Below, piece by piece: positions 43,269-60,861 of a DNA stretch of 64,000 bases (positions are counted from its first letter, which is position 1; each line of letters starts with the position of its first letter). The notes under the pieces were generated by a model, which was not told where the DNA came from, did no database searches, and saw only the letters and a program-made list of their open reading frames with translations. Source of the DNA: Octopus vulgaris (Eukaryota); NCBI GenBank assembly GCA_951406725.2, contig OX597836.1, positions 35,092,001 to 35,156,000 on the forward strand, written 5' to 3'. The position numbers were made by a program, and so were the translations under genes.

Positions 43269-43303
<35 letters not shown>

Positions 43304-43346
43304 GGTGTTTGTAATATAGATGGAGAGGTGATATTGATTTATATAC

Positions 43347-43381
<35 letters not shown>

Positions 43382-43533
43382 CTATAATAATAATATTAAG
43401 GAGTAAAACCAAACTTACAGGGAAAAATTAGATTTAGTTTTATCTCTAATTTAATATATATATATAACTCTATATTTATATACTAATCTGTAATTATCTA
43501 AAGCTCTTTATATATATATATATATGTATAATT

Positions 43534-43600
<67 letters not shown>

Positions 43601-43622
43601 AATTTATATATATATCTATCTA

Positions 43623-43678
<56 letters not shown>

Positions 43679-43687
43679 TATATATAT

Positions 43688-46600
43688 CTGCATCGGCACG
43701 CTTGATGCCATCTTTGACAACGACCAAAGTAAAGATGGCAAGGATGGAAGTACGGTTGCTGATGAAAGATGTCACCCCCACTTGGTAGACACCCACGACA
43801 ACGCAGAAGATTCAAGTGAGACACCTTCCTCGGGAAGTAAACCCAAGTGCACGTACCCCTACCAGCACCAAAATCCAAAGCCACGGAGATGAAAGAGCCA
43901 AAAAAGAAGTAAAAGGAGGAAAAACTAAAAGAAAAACAAAAGCTGAAACACCCAAATAGGGAAAAATAAAACTCAAACAAAACCAAAAGATGAAACAGCC
44001 AAGGATAGAAGCAAACCTGACTATCCATATACCAAAAAGGATAGAAAGGGACAGCGCCCGCGAATGTGTAAATTCTAACTGAACGGTGTCTGCTGGCATT
44101 GAGAGGAATGTGCAGGGTGCCGTTTTGCACACCAAAGACCCTGTCACATAAACATCAAACAGGGGAGAAGCCAACTACCGAAAGGAAAAGGTATAGACCA
44201 CGCACCACCTGCCCCAAAACGGAGGTACGCAGATGTATTGCGTGCTACAAACCACCAACATGTTATCGAAAGGGCAGCTGCTGAATAAGAATCTTTTTTG
44301 CGCATGGCACAAAAGATTGTACAGCAGCTAACCTGGCTCCATCAAACTCAAACTCGCAGATGGGACTATCCACAATACGCAAGACCGCCACAGCAAATAG
44401 ACCCAAGGTAGACACCACCGGCAACAGCATACACATCACCTCGATGCTCCTATTGAAGATCAGAGGACTGCTAACACTCAGTAACAGGACAAAAATCCCG
44501 TTCATGTGAGACCATGTTGCATGCAATCAAGCCTTATGCATAGCACTTACGGAAACACACCTGAAACTGGACATAGCAGATGCGGAAATACACATACCAC
44601 AGTATGTTGTATTACGGACCGACAGAAAAGAAAGGAGTCATGGGGGAGTTTCTATGTACATCCGCGAGGACCTCACACACCAGGTCCTTTTGTCATACTC
44701 AAATTCGGTGTGTGACACACTAATTGTACATATAAGGCAACTTGGTGTAGTTATATGTGCTACATATGCCCCAAGCCAAATGCCCAAAGCCATGTAGGCA
44801 AGTTTGAAGACTGCCTTATAAAAATAGAAGTTCTAGTCACATTAGAACAACACATAAGTGTACTTCTTATGGGAGACTTCAATCTGCACATCCATAATGT
44901 GAAGGTGACACCGACACTACTCTTGGATCACAACATGGTAGAGCTGACCATGTACTGGCCAAAGGAAAGCATGGACATGCAATCTATAAGAAATTCTCCG
45001 AATCTTTCCAGCTTGAACTTCCATAAGTCAAACTGGAAACAAATTGAGAAAGAGATCCTCAAACAAAACTGGCCTGAATGTCTCTCCTCGCCAGACATCG
45101 ACAAGAAACTTCAACAATTCATGTCTGTAATGCAAGCCATATGCTACAAATGTGTCCCAGAGAGAAAGGCCACTATACACGAGAACAAAATCCCCAGAGA
45201 GAGGAAAATTCTAATGAGAGGGCGTACAAAAGTTTCAAATCGCCTAAACAAGCAAATTGAAAGCAGTGTAAGTGCCGCCTGAAAATAAAAATTGTTGGAA
45301 TTTGAAAAAAGTCTGCAACTCTCCCATGAAAAAGAAAGAGCAGACAAAGAAGCCTGGGCTATAGACGACATAAAATCTAACCCCAGAACTTTCTACAGGT
45401 ATGCCAAAGAAACAGCTACGGTGCACTGTAGGATAGGGCCACTCCTTGAAAAGGATGGCACACACACAGGAAATCCAATGAGGATAAGTGAAATACTAAA
45501 TGAGCAATTCAAGAGTATTTTCACTCCACCCCTAGGGCATTTTCAAGTCATCAATCCAACTGACTTCTTTACCATTGCAGATATAATATCAGAGGCAGCG
45601 ATGATTGATTACATCAATATAAAGGAAGACGATGTAATAAAGGCTATAGATGAAATGAAAATAAACTCAGCTACTGGCCCCGATGGATTCTCAGCAATCC
45701 TTCTAAAAGTATGTAAGATAGTCCTAGCAAGACCACTGCAGTTCCTCTTTCAGAGCTTCCTTGCAACTGGCAAACTTCCAAGAAAACTGAAGGAAGGTAA
45801 AATATGCCCTATTCATAAAGGAGGTAGCGGAGCGGAGGCCAAGAACTACAGACCTAATTTTCTGACCTCACACATCAGCAAGTTCATGGAACGAATAGTC
45901 AGAAGGAAACTAATCACCTTCCTTGAAGAAAATGACTTGCTGCCTGACACCCAACATGGTTTCCGACCAGGAAGAAGCTGCCTAACTCAGCTCCTACAAC
46001 ACTATGACTGGGTGCTGAAACGACTGCTCAACCACTCAAATGTGGAAGTCATATAACTCGACTTTGCAAAGGCCTTTGATAAAGTCGATCATGGAATGAT
46101 ATGTCACAAACTGCGTGATGTTGGCATTGTTGGAAAATTGGGAGAATGGCTTCATGACTTTCTGAAGGATAGAAGCCAGGTGGTAGTAGCCATTAACACG
46201 CAAATAGTGAGCGGTGTTCCGCAAGGCACTGTTTTGGGACCACTACTGTTCATAATGGCCCTCTCAGACATGCCCTCAGCCACGCAAAGAGCCACGATCA
46301 CAAGTTATGCAGATGATGCAAAAGTTTCACAGGCAATACACAACCCTGAAGACACTAAGCATCTGCAATGTGAGCTGGACAAAATATACAAGTGGGCTGA
46401 AAAGAATAGCATGCAGTTTAATGCTGAAAAGTCTCAAGCTTTATACTATCAGCATGCAAAACTAAATGCAATACCCAATAAATACACTGGACCTGGAGGG
46501 ATTGCAATCCCAGAGGCACAATCAGTGCGAGACCTGGGTATTTACATGAGTGATGTTGCAATCTTTCACGTGCATGTTGTTAAATTGGCAATGAAATATA

Positions 46601-47298
46601 GGCGGCTGACCGGATGGATTCTTAGAACCTTTAGAACAAGAGACCAGGAAACCATGATGGTCCTCTGGAGGATACTTGTCCTAAGCCACTTTGACTACTG
46701 CTCTCAGCTATGGTCACCATCCAGTGTCAAGTTAATCGCAGAACTTGAGGCGATCCAACGAAGCTACGCGAAGAAGATAGCCTCTGTGCAGCATATAAGC
46801 TATTGGGAAAGACTCAAGAGATTAAGACTCTATTCCTTAGAGCGTAGGCGAGAAAGATATGCCATAATATACATCTGGAAGATACTAGAAGGACTTGTCC
46901 CAAACTTTGGCATCGAGAGTTACAAAAATGCTAGAACTGGGCGCCACTGCATAGTGCCAAGGACTCCAAATTTGCCATCAAAATGTAGGACAAGATACTG
47001 TGATAGCCTGGGCTTCTGAGGCCCACAGCTCTTCAATATCCTCCCGAAGAACCTGAGAGACCTGCATGGGGTGGATGCAGATGTCTTTAAAATAAAACTG
47101 GATCTCTTCCTGTTAGGTGTCCCAGATGAACCAACTTCACGGCAGGAGGTGCAGATGAGGGCAGCTGCATCGAACTCTCTCATGCACCAAATGGCAATTG
47201 CTAAAAAGCATTCGTGAAGTAAAATCATGTAGCAACACCAAATGGCTTTGCCCCAGCATGGCCATAGCTTGTGAGCTGAAACTAGATTAAAAAAAAAA
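43688..47298 (+). mobile_element. CR1-like LINE, degenerate, copy 2
   Basis: Same element with ~340 bp more 5' sequence (Cys/His-rich ORF1-like remnant) and a ~180 bp deletion in the endonuclease after GDFNL; RT motifs in 45292-47019. Confidence 0.92.
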
Positions 47299-47499
47299 TA
47301 TATATATATACATATATAAACATATATATATATATATCAGATACGCGCTCACACACATACACACACAAACGCACTTACATACACATATGCATTCACACAC
47401 ACACATCTCGGCTTCTTTCTTTCACTTTTTATTTTTCAAAGAAGGGAAGTTTGAGCTGGCATATGGGTGGGGGAGAGGTTTCTAGGGCTGCTATTTTTT

Positions 47500-47531
<32 letters not shown>

Positions 47532-47997
47532 ACTTTCTTCTTCCTTCGTTTCTTTATTTCCTTTTTCAAAGAAGGTAAGGGTGAGAAGATAGAGAAACGG
47601 AGAGAGAGAGAGAAATATATCCAAAGACATAGAGCTGTAAGTGACCTTCTATGTACCCCAAATCCCGGTCTTCCAAGAAGTCAAATGATATCTTTAGAAA
47701 TTTCTAAAGGTTTCTACTGCAGTGTGAGGAGGTCGATGTGAGTCACGGCTGCCTACTGACCTCGCCTAGCCCCTCAACTGCATACAGTACCACCAAGCAA
47801 TGTTTGAATGTTTGAAAATATTAAAACAGCCGGTGGAGGCCAATGCTGACCCGCGGCCTAGATATGCTGCAGCCCTCAGCCTCATACCTACAAATACATG
47901 TTGAATACTTATTACATTAAGTATTTTAACAGGAATTAATACTATGTGTGGTCAGAATTGATATCTAACTGGTCATGTCTCCCTAATTTGTTATATA

Positions 47998-48393
47998 TCT
48001 ATATATATATAAATCTGTAGTTGTTTGAGTGTCTGTCCCCTTCGATTTAGATTCCTAACTACTCCCACATTTTGCGGTGCAGTTTAACCAAAACCGGGTA
48101 TCTTATAGTCGTGATTCATATCGAGCCCGTCTCGGTACTAGCGCGAGTCTACGATGAGTCTACGATTTTAAAAATAATTTACCATCATTTTTTTCCATTT
48201 TCCTGCATATTTTTTTAAAGGGAAGTAACTCTCTAAAAATGTCTACGATGAGTCAACGATTTAAAGAAAAATTTAGCATCATATTTTTTCCATTTTTAAT
48301 GCATTTTTTTGCTATTTTTTGGCTATAACTCTCTAAGAATGCTGTATAGTTATTTCCCTTACAAACCCGAGCAACGCCGAACGATTCAGCTAG
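47998..48393 (+). mobile_element. Non-autonomous Helitron, duplicate copy
   Basis: Same TC...hairpin...CTAG structure at the equivalent position of the duplicated block. Confidence 0.8.
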
Positions 48394-48420
48394 TATATAT
48401 ATATATATATATATATATAT

Positions 48421-49523
48421 TCAGATATCATCATCAGAAGATAAGTAAAATTCATTAAAATGACAGATGTATCGGACTTTCAAAGAGGTCAAATTGTTGG
48501 TGCTCGTATGGCAGGCGCTAGCGTAACGAAAACAGCCGAAATGTTTGGTGTATCAAGAACAACTCTCTCGAAAGTAATGATAGCCTTTGAGAAACGGAAA
48601 AACCTCCTCCTCGAAACAAAACTCCAGAAGAAAATCAAAACTTCCAGATAAGGACCGTCGAACTCTTACGCGCATTGTTAGAAGGGATACAAAAGTACAG
48701 CTCCCAAAATTATCACAGAGCTTAATGACCACCCCGAGAACCCAGTTTTCACTAAAAGTGTTCGCCGGGAGCTGCACAAAGCCAAATTTCACGGTCGGGT
48801 TGCAATCAGAAAACCACTATCTTCAAAAAACAAACGTTGCAAAGCGTTTAGAGTGGAGTAAACACCTACAGAATTGCTCCTTAGAGCAGAGGAAGAATGT
48901 TATTTTCTCGGACGAGTCATCGTTTACCTTATTTCCGACCACCGGCCGAGTATACGTGTGGAGACAGCCACAAGAAGCATTTGACTCAGACTGCCTTCTT
49001 CCAACTGTTAAACATGGAGGCGGATCTATATCTTGGAAATCCGCCGGCCCAATGTTTTCCCGTCATGGCAGAATTAATAGTCTAGACTACTTAAGCATTT
49101 TATCTGATCAAATTCATCTTATGGTTGCGGAACTGTTTCCCGAGAGAAACGCAATCTTTTAGGATGGTAATGCACCAATTCACACAGCTAAAGTTGTTAC
49201 TAAATTGCACGAGGAACATTCTTGTGGAGTTGAACATCTTAACTGGCCACCACAGTTCCCAGATCTCAATATTATTGAACATTTATGGTGCCTTTTAGGA
49301 AAACAAGTAAGGAGTCGATATCCTCCACCATCGTCACTACAAGAACTGAAGACAGTTTTAGCTAAAATATGAAGAAAAATTACTTTGGAAACAATTCAAA
49401 CTTTGTACGAGTCCATACCTGGAAGAATCCAAGCTACAATTACTGCCAAAGGCGTTCCCACCCCATATTAGAATAAAATCGTTTGAAATTTTAAGGTCTT
49501 TCCATTATTATGTCGAACCTGTG
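48421..49523 (+). mobile_element. Tc1-family remnant, duplicate copy
   Basis: Near-identical to 7217-8318, with shared frameshifts. Confidence 0.88.
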
Positions 49524-49583
49524 TATGTACGTATATACATACATACATATATATGAGAGCGATACAAACACACATATATATAT

Positions 49584-49648
<65 letters not shown>

Positions 49649-50893
49649 TAGTGAGTGAGAGAGAGTATATCCAACAGCTATTTGTTATTATATATACTTG
49701 AAGGTAAGCGCTAAAGGACTGAAGCAGTTTTCGGCCGTGGGTCAATGTGGGCCTCCACCGTCAGGTTTCATAGTTTGGAACTTTCAAATATACCTGCGGT
49801 GATGGTCCAGTGTGTTTAAGCATAAATGTAGGCAGGGAGTTGAGGGGATGGGATCAGTCAGCCGCATCTCCTTTCCACCTCCCTACTCATCTTGAAAGCT
49901 CTTTAGAAATTTGAAAAGTTTAATGAGTCTCTTTGTAAGTCCGAGGTGCAGGGGACACACATTCTTTATATCTATAAATAGTTAAGTGTCTAGCAACAAG
50001 TTGCTTCACCACAAACTGAAAATTTAGGAATAGCAGACAAAGACAGCAAAACCGTTTTACTAGAGACATAGTGAAAGGAATTACCTGTCCTCAGCTGCTA
50101 ATTCTAAATTTTCGGTGTGTGGTGAAGCAACTTTTGCTAAACCCTTAATTATATTTATAATTATATATATGAAAAAAATTTGTGCAAGTTTTTAACGATA
50201 ATGTTTCTCTTTCCATACCGAAATTACTTGGTAACATTTATTAATTATTAAATTAATTATTCTTTACCCTAAATGGGCAAATAATTATGGGACGTAGTCT
50301 AAGGGTTGTTAAACCTTTAATTATATTTATAATTATATATATAAAAAAATTTTGTGCAAGTTTTTACCGATAATGTTTCTCTTTCCATACCGAAATTACT
50401 TGGTAACATTTATTAATTATTAAATTAATAATTCTTTACCCTAAAAAGGCAAATAATTATGGGATGTAGTTTATTTGTAGTACTACAAAATTTCAAGAAA
50501 CACACACACACACACACATCTTATTAGCTTCTTCCTTTCGTTTCCTTTTTAAAGTAGGTATAGTTGTAGGATAGGTCGCATTTTTGGGCTGCTATTCATT
50601 GCTCATCTCCCACCATCACCCTCAAATATACACACGTCTTATAGCTTCTGTCTTTCTTTCCTTTTTTCATTTAAGGTAATGCTGAGACGGTAAAGGTAGG
50701 TATTTTTTGGGCTGCTATTTTCTGCTTACCTTCCACCACCATCTTAAACTCACACACATTTCAATAGCTTCTTCATTTCTTTCTTTTTCTTTATTTAATT
50801 TTTTAAAGAAGGTGGGGGTTGAGCTAGTATAGGTGCGGCGTACGTAGTTGTTTGTAGCTAGTATTGGCTGCTTAACTCCCAGCCCCCATCACA

Positions 50894-50948
<55 letters not shown>

Positions 50949-51288
50949 TTCTTTCTCTCACACACACATCCCTATAAGTCCTTACGTAGACACATGTCAG
51001 GTACAAATATTTCATGGGAGCTATTGGGGACATTTTGGTAGAACTACGTCGTAAGCTTTGGACGCAACATTCCATGCGTGACCTCTTCTGTGAGCCATAC
51101 GATGGGCTTTTACCTTTATCCATAGTACATTTAAAGGTATATGTATTGTATCTGTCTTGAAGAATAGTATCTTTAGGGGTAAATATAATATATATTAGTT
51201 TTGATGAATCGTTTATAATTGTTGGTATAAGACTTCAGCATTAGTATAAGTAATAAAAGGTAATACATTATATGCGTGCGCATAAACA

Positions 51289-51378
<90 letters not shown>

Positions 51379-51512
51379 ATGTCAGAAAAAATTTAGATTC
51401 AAATGAATATGGTACTTAACTTAGATGCACCAGAATTTTGGATGGTGTAATCCATAAATATCCGTGGGGTGATTATAATCAAAATAAGCAACAAGAATGA
51501 CTCCGGTCATGG

Positions 51513-51577
<65 letters not shown>

Positions 51578-51656
51578 TAAGGCGAAAGAAAGATGATATT
51601 GACTTATACACTCTATATATAGTTATATAGGTGTCTGTAGTTATATGAAGCTATGC

Positions 51657-51717
<61 letters not shown>

Positions 51718-51764
51718 TATATTTTTATATATAATATATTTATATATATATTATATATATATAA

Positions 51765-51910
<146 letters not shown>

Positions 51911-52232
51911 TATATAAATATAGATATATAATTAAGAAAGTAGCAACAAGTTACTTCACCACAAATTCGAAAATTTAGAAATAACAGCCAAAGACAGCTA
52001 ATTCGTTTTACTAGAGACAAAGTGAAAGGAATTAACTGTCTTTCGCTGCTATTTCTAAATTTTCGGTATGTAATGAAGCAACTTGTTGCTAAACCCTTAA
52101 TTATATATATAATTATATATAGAAAAAAATATTTTTAAACAAGTTTTTACGATAATGGTTCTTTTTACCTTACCGAAATTACCTGGTAAAATTTATTAAT
52201 TATGAAATTACTAACTCTTTACCCTACATCTG

Positions 52233-52266
<34 letters not shown>

Positions 52267-52794
52267 ATTGTGTGTCCGTGAACGATATGTGTGCCGGGTA
52301 TATATCTATATGACAGTGAATGGGAGAGGGTAAAATATAGAAAGAGAAATGCAGAGAGAGAAAGACATCCAAAGACGACATGGAACCTTAGGGACCTTTT
52401 ATGTACCCCAAATCCCGTTCTTAGTAGAAGTTAAATGAAATCTTTTGAAATTTCTAAAGGTTGCCGCTGCTGTGTGGGGAGGGGTGAACGGTGTGAGGGT
52501 TGACTGCTGACCTCTCCCCCCACTTCCCACCGCCCGCTCACTTTGTAAAACTCACATAATCACTACCAGAGGTATGTTGAACAGTTTGAAACTATAAAAA
52601 CGGGTGGTGGAGGCCCATGGTGACCCGCGGCCTAGAAATGCTTAAACCCTCAATCGCACACTTTCAATATATATTAACTACATATTCCGCGAAGGACATA
52701 TTCTCTCCCCCATTCTCACTTACTCTCTCTCTCTTTCCATATATGTATTCTTTTATTCCTTTACCTATCTACCTGTCTATGTATGTATCTATCA

Positions 52795-52870
<76 letters not shown>

Positions 52871-53521
52871 GTCTGTCTTTCTCTCTATCTGTCTGCCTGC
52901 CTGCCTGCGTATCTGCCTCCCTGTCTATGTATCTCTCTGTCTCTATCTATCTATCTTTCTATCTAGGTACATATCTATGTGTCTATCTTCATTTCCACCT
53001 GTCTATCCATACCTGGGGCTATACCGAGGCGAAAACACACGCACTCATGTACACACACACACACACATTTATTCATATATGTACCTGTATGTACGGGTGT
53101 GTGTGTGTGTACATGTATGTGAGTTTTCCCCATAATGTATATGCCTATGTGTCTGTGAGTACACGTTTATCTATTAGATGTAGATTTACGTACATATTTA
53201 CACACATTAATTTTGAGCTTTCAACATTTAGCCAATATAATAGTATCTACACACAGATGTACCTTCATATAGACACTCTTATTCATGTCCATGTACTCGC
53301 ATATCGATTTCTAAAAAGATCTCTTCTCAATTTTGAAATTCAAGAAAAAAAAGAAAAAGAAGAAAAGAAAAAAACAGACGCCAAAGCTTCTTTAGTTTAA
53401 GTTTATTATTGATTGCGTTACACGAAATATATGAAATTAGAGTCTCTGAGATGTGGTCTGCAAAAGACGCCACGAAATTATGCATGTTGGAAGAATCTTT
53501 CCTCTTACGATCATTCGGAAA

Positions 53522-54444
53522 TTATAAACCGACGGTCATCTGAAAGAGAAAATGGAATTATTGATAAAATATATATGAAAGTATCAGAGTGGAATGTACT
53601 AATGCCCAAATGAATCCCTATGGCTGGATATCACAAAAATTCATATTTTATAATTGAGACTTATCCCTAATGAATGGAGTGTAGAAACGATCTTTTCAGT
53701 AATTTGAATATATTAATAAGAATTGAGAAATAAATATAAAGTAATGGGAAAAGGAGCGAAATCTCTTATAAATCAGTCCATATTGACTTAAGAAATAATT
53801 TCAGATTGGATAATTAAAGCTTCACAGAAGAAAACAGAGTGGAAAGCGTTAGAATGTCAACGTTTTTCAGCATTTTAACTTCGATTTGTCTGAGCTAAGA
53901 CTCAAAATCTGCAGCTAAATATTTACAAGGTAAATTAGGTGAAAACATACCAGAAAGTACTGCCAATGGGCTTCGTGGACTTTTTGCTGCATTGTTTTAC
54001 TCGGAGTAGCATCTGTTGCATTACATACTTTAACGTGGTCCCTTGATTTTTGACGCGACGGAAACGTCTTGTCACATCGTCCACATTCGAATGGTTCATC
54101 TATAAAATGCTTCAAAACATGGTCCTGAAATGTAACGATATTAATTGTTCGTTTCAATGTATTGATATGTTATACATGAACCGAAATTTCTCTTCATGAA
54201 CAAGCTTGTGGTAGTTTAATGAAGTATTTCGAGTGAATCTCTTCTTACATATGTCGCACTGGTACGGCTTGACGCCTGTAAAAAGGAAGTAATAATTATC
54301 ATTATTTGAACATGATTAAAATACTTTGAGCTTCAACTGAAATAAAATGTATAAATGCAATGACTTACCGTAATGACTCCTCATGTGAGTTGTTAATGAA
54401 GATTTCGAAGTAAATGTCTTGGAACATAATGAACATGTGCACAT
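53522..54444 (-). pseudogene. ZNF copy D, ~131 bp internal deletion
   Basis: The junction at ~54178 joins intron 2 to the middle of exon 2, removing the CxxC of finger 3 and the intron-2 donor. Read-through gives ...EEKFRFMYNISIH*. Confidence 0.8.
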
Positions 54445-55373
54445 CGTGCTTATATTGTATAAGTTGGGATTAATAAATGGAAAAATTGATGTAGTTTATA
54501 TGTGTGTGTGTGGTTTGTATAATCTTGTATATCTAATTAGAAATATTTAAAGAAATATAAGTGTGTGTATAATGTAAATCGATGTAGATGTGAAAGGCAA
54601 GAGAGGGAGAGAAGCTGGTCACCTTCCTGTCATATACTAAGGTATGAATAGGTAAATAATTAAGGGATGCAGCCTATTTGTATTACTACAAAATTTCAAG
54701 ACACACACACACACATACACATCTTATTAGCCTCTTTCTTTCTTTCTTTCTTTTTAAAGTAGATAAAGGTGAGATGGTGTAAGTGAAGGATAGGTCGCAT
54801 TTGGGGGCTGCTATTCACTGCTTAACTCCCACCCCTCAAAAACACACACGTCTTTTAGCTTTTGTCTTTCTTTCCTTTTTTTAAAGAAGGTAATGACGTG
54901 GCGGGAAAGGTGTCGGATAGGTAGGTGATTTGGGCTGCTATTTTCTGCTTACCTCCCATCAACCATCACAAACACACACACATTTCAATAGCTTTATCAT
55001 TTCTGTCTTTCTTTCTTTATTTAAATATTTTAAAAAAGGTAAGTTTTAGCTGGTATTGGTGTGGGGTAGTTAGTTGTTTGTGGCTAGTATTGGCTGCTTA
55101 ACTCCCAGCCCCAATCACTCTCTCTCTTTCTCTCTCTCTTTACTCCTTTCACTAACACACACATAGTATAAGGAATAAAAGTTATGCGTGTGCATACACA
55201 TATATATGTGTGTGTGTTTTTGAGTATTTGTAAGGTAGATAGAGAGATGATATTGATTTATATACCTTTATATATTCATAATTATATATATTTACATACT
55301 CATCTGTAATTATAAGATGTTATACATACATACATACATACAAACATACATACATACATACATATATACATAC

Positions 55374-55416
<43 letters not shown>

Positions 55417-55417
<1 letters not shown>

Positions 55418-55605
55418 TGGGAGTTTACGAAAAAACATAAGACGAAAACAGGTGGTATAGAAAACAGACAAATGTATTAGTATAACGCTCAGTAATAGAA
55501 AAAGTCTGTTACGTCGTTTCGATCCTACGCCCTTCTACAGAAAGGGACACAGAAAAAGCAAGCAGAAAAACAAGAAGAGAAAAAATGTGTGTTGTGGCTA
55601 ACAAT
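55417..55605 (-). mobile_element. Short TA-tract insertion with degenerate minimal hammerhead-like motif (related copies 556-730, 14137-14312, 41043-41222)
   Basis: Minus strand CUUU-CUGUAGA-AGGGC-GUAG-GAUC-GAAA-CGACG-UA-ACAG. In the other three copies the stem II segment is deleted. Confidence 0.5.
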
Positions 55606-55641
55606 ACATATATACACACGTACGTTTATTTATGTAGATAC

Positions 55642-55690
<49 letters not shown>

Positions 55691-55792
55691 TAGACGTTCG
55701 TTTATTTATGTATATATATTTAGGTATATATATGTGTGTATATCTATATATATATATGTATACAGATATAAGCATATACATACATACGTGTA

Positions 55793-55852
<60 letters not shown>

Positions 55853-55890
55853 TACATATGTCTACACACACACAAATATATATATATATA

Positions 55891-57087
<1,197 letters not shown>

Positions 57088-57884
57088 TATTTATAATTAT
57101 AGATATAAAAAAACATTTTTGTGCAAGTTTTTACCGATAATGGTTCTATTTCCACATCGAAACTACTTGGAAAAATTCATTAATTATTAAATTAATAATT
57201 CTTTACCCTAATTGGGTAAATAATTATGGGATGTAGTTTATTTGTAGTACTACAATATTTAAAGAAACACACACACACATACACACGCACACACACACAC
57301 ATCTTATTAGATTCTTCCTTTCGTTTTCTTTTTGAAGTAGGTATATGTGTAGGATAGGTCGCATTTTGGGGCTGCTATTTACTGCTTAACTCCCACCATC
57401 TCCCTCAAATACACACACGTCTTTTAGCTTCTGTCTTTCTTTCCTTTGTTATTTAAGGTAATGGTGAGACGGTAAAGGTATGTATTTTGGGCTGCTATTT
57501 TCTGCTTATCTCCCATCCACTATCACAAACACACACACATTTCAATAGCATCTTCTTTTCTTGCTGTCTTTCTTTATTTAATTTTTTAAAGAATGTGGGG
57601 TTGAGCTAGTATTGGCTGCTTAACTCCCTGCCCCCATCACTCTCTCTCTCTCTCTCTTTACTTCTTTCTCTCACACACACATCCCTATAAGCCCTTACGT
57701 ATACACATGTCAGGTACAAATAATTCATGGGAGCTATTGGGGACATTTTGGTAGAACTGCGTCGTAATATTTGGACGCTACAATCCATGCGTGACCTCCT
57801 TTGTGAGCGATACGATGGGCTTTTACCTTTAACCATAATACATTTAAAGGTATATGTATTATATCTGTCTTGAAGAATAGTATA

Positions 57885-58789
<905 letters not shown>

Positions 58790-58904
58790 GTTTAAATATT
58801 TGTTGTGCAAGATTTTTTATGTGAAGTCGTGTGTTGAAACAGATATTGTTATATTTCGGAATGGTCATATTGGCTAAACTGGCAATATGACCATTCCGAA
58901 ATAT

Positions 58905-58967
<63 letters not shown>

Positions 58968-59464
58968 CAAGTGTCTTGCAACAAGTGGCTTCACCAATAA
59001 CTGAAAATTTAGAAACAGCAGACCTATCCTACGCATATACCTACTTTAAAAAGAAAACGAAAGGAAGAATCTAATAAGATGTGTGTGTGTGTGTGCGTGT
59101 GTATGTGTGTGTGTGTTTCTTGAAATTTTGTAGTACTACAAATAAACTACATCCCATAATTATTTACCCAATTAGGGCAAGGAATTATTAATTTAATAAT
59201 TAATAAATTTTTCCAAGTAGTTTCGATGTGGAAATAGAACCATTATCGGTAAAAACTTGCACAAAAATGTTTTTTTATATCTATAATTATAAATATAATT
59301 AAGGGTTTAGCAACATGTTGCTTCACCACATACCGAAAATTAAAATTAGCAGCAGAAGACAGCTAATTCCTTTCACTATGTATCTAGTAAAACGATTTTG
59401 CCGTCTTTGGCTGCTATTTCTAAATTTTCAGTTATTGGTGAAGCCACTTGTTGCAAGACACTTG

Positions 59465-59521
<57 letters not shown>

Positions 59522-59846
59522 GTCAGGTACAAATAATTCATGGGAGCTATTGGGGACATTTTGGTAGAACTGCGTCGAAATATTTGGACGCTACAATCCA
59601 TGCGTGACCTCCTTTGTCAGCCATACGATGGGCTTTTACCTTTAACCATAATACATTTAAAGGTATATGTATTATATCTGTCTTGAAGAATAGTATCTTT
59701 AGGTGTAAATATACTATATATTAGTTTTGATGAATCGTTTATAATTGTTGGTATAAGATTCCAGTATTAGTATAAGTAATAAAAGGTAATACATTATATG
59801 CGTGCGCATACACACGTATATATATATACACACACACACACACACA

Positions 59847-59938
<92 letters not shown>

Positions 59939-60067
59939 TTGAGAAAAAATTTAGATTCAAATGAATATGGTACTTAATTTAGATGCATCAGAATTTTGTA
60001 TGGTGTTATCCATAAAAATCCGTGGGGTGATTATAATCAAAATAAGCAACAAGTATGACTCCGGTCA

Positions 60068-60140
<73 letters not shown>

Positions 60141-60233
60141 TTGTGTGTTTGTAAGGCGAAGGAAGATGATGTTGACTTATACACCTAAGTATATACTTAT
60201 ATAGGTGTCTGTAGTTATATGAAGCTATACATA

Positions 60234-60315
<82 letters not shown>

Positions 60316-60414
60316 TACACGTATGTTTATCTATGTATATAGGTATAAATATATATATATATGTGTATATCAATATATATATAGATGTATACAGATATAA
60401 GCATATACACAGAC

Positions 60415-60456
<42 letters not shown>

Positions 60457-60789
60457 ATATATATATAGATATATAATTGTAAATTTAATTAAGAAAATAG
60501 CAACAAGTTACTTCACCACATATTCGAAAATTTAGAAACAGCAGCCAAAGACAGCTAATTCCTGTTTCACTAGAGACATAGTGAAAGGAATTAACTGTCT
60601 TTCGCTGCTATTTCTAAATTTTCGGTATGTAATGAAGCAACTTGTTGCTAAACCCTTAATTATATTAATAATTATATATAAAAAAATATATTTTTATACG
60701 AGTTTTTACCGACAATGTTTCTTTTTCCATACCGAAATTACTGGGAAAAATTTATTAATTATGAAATTACTAATTCTTTACCCTACATG

Positions 60790-60861
<72 letters not shown>

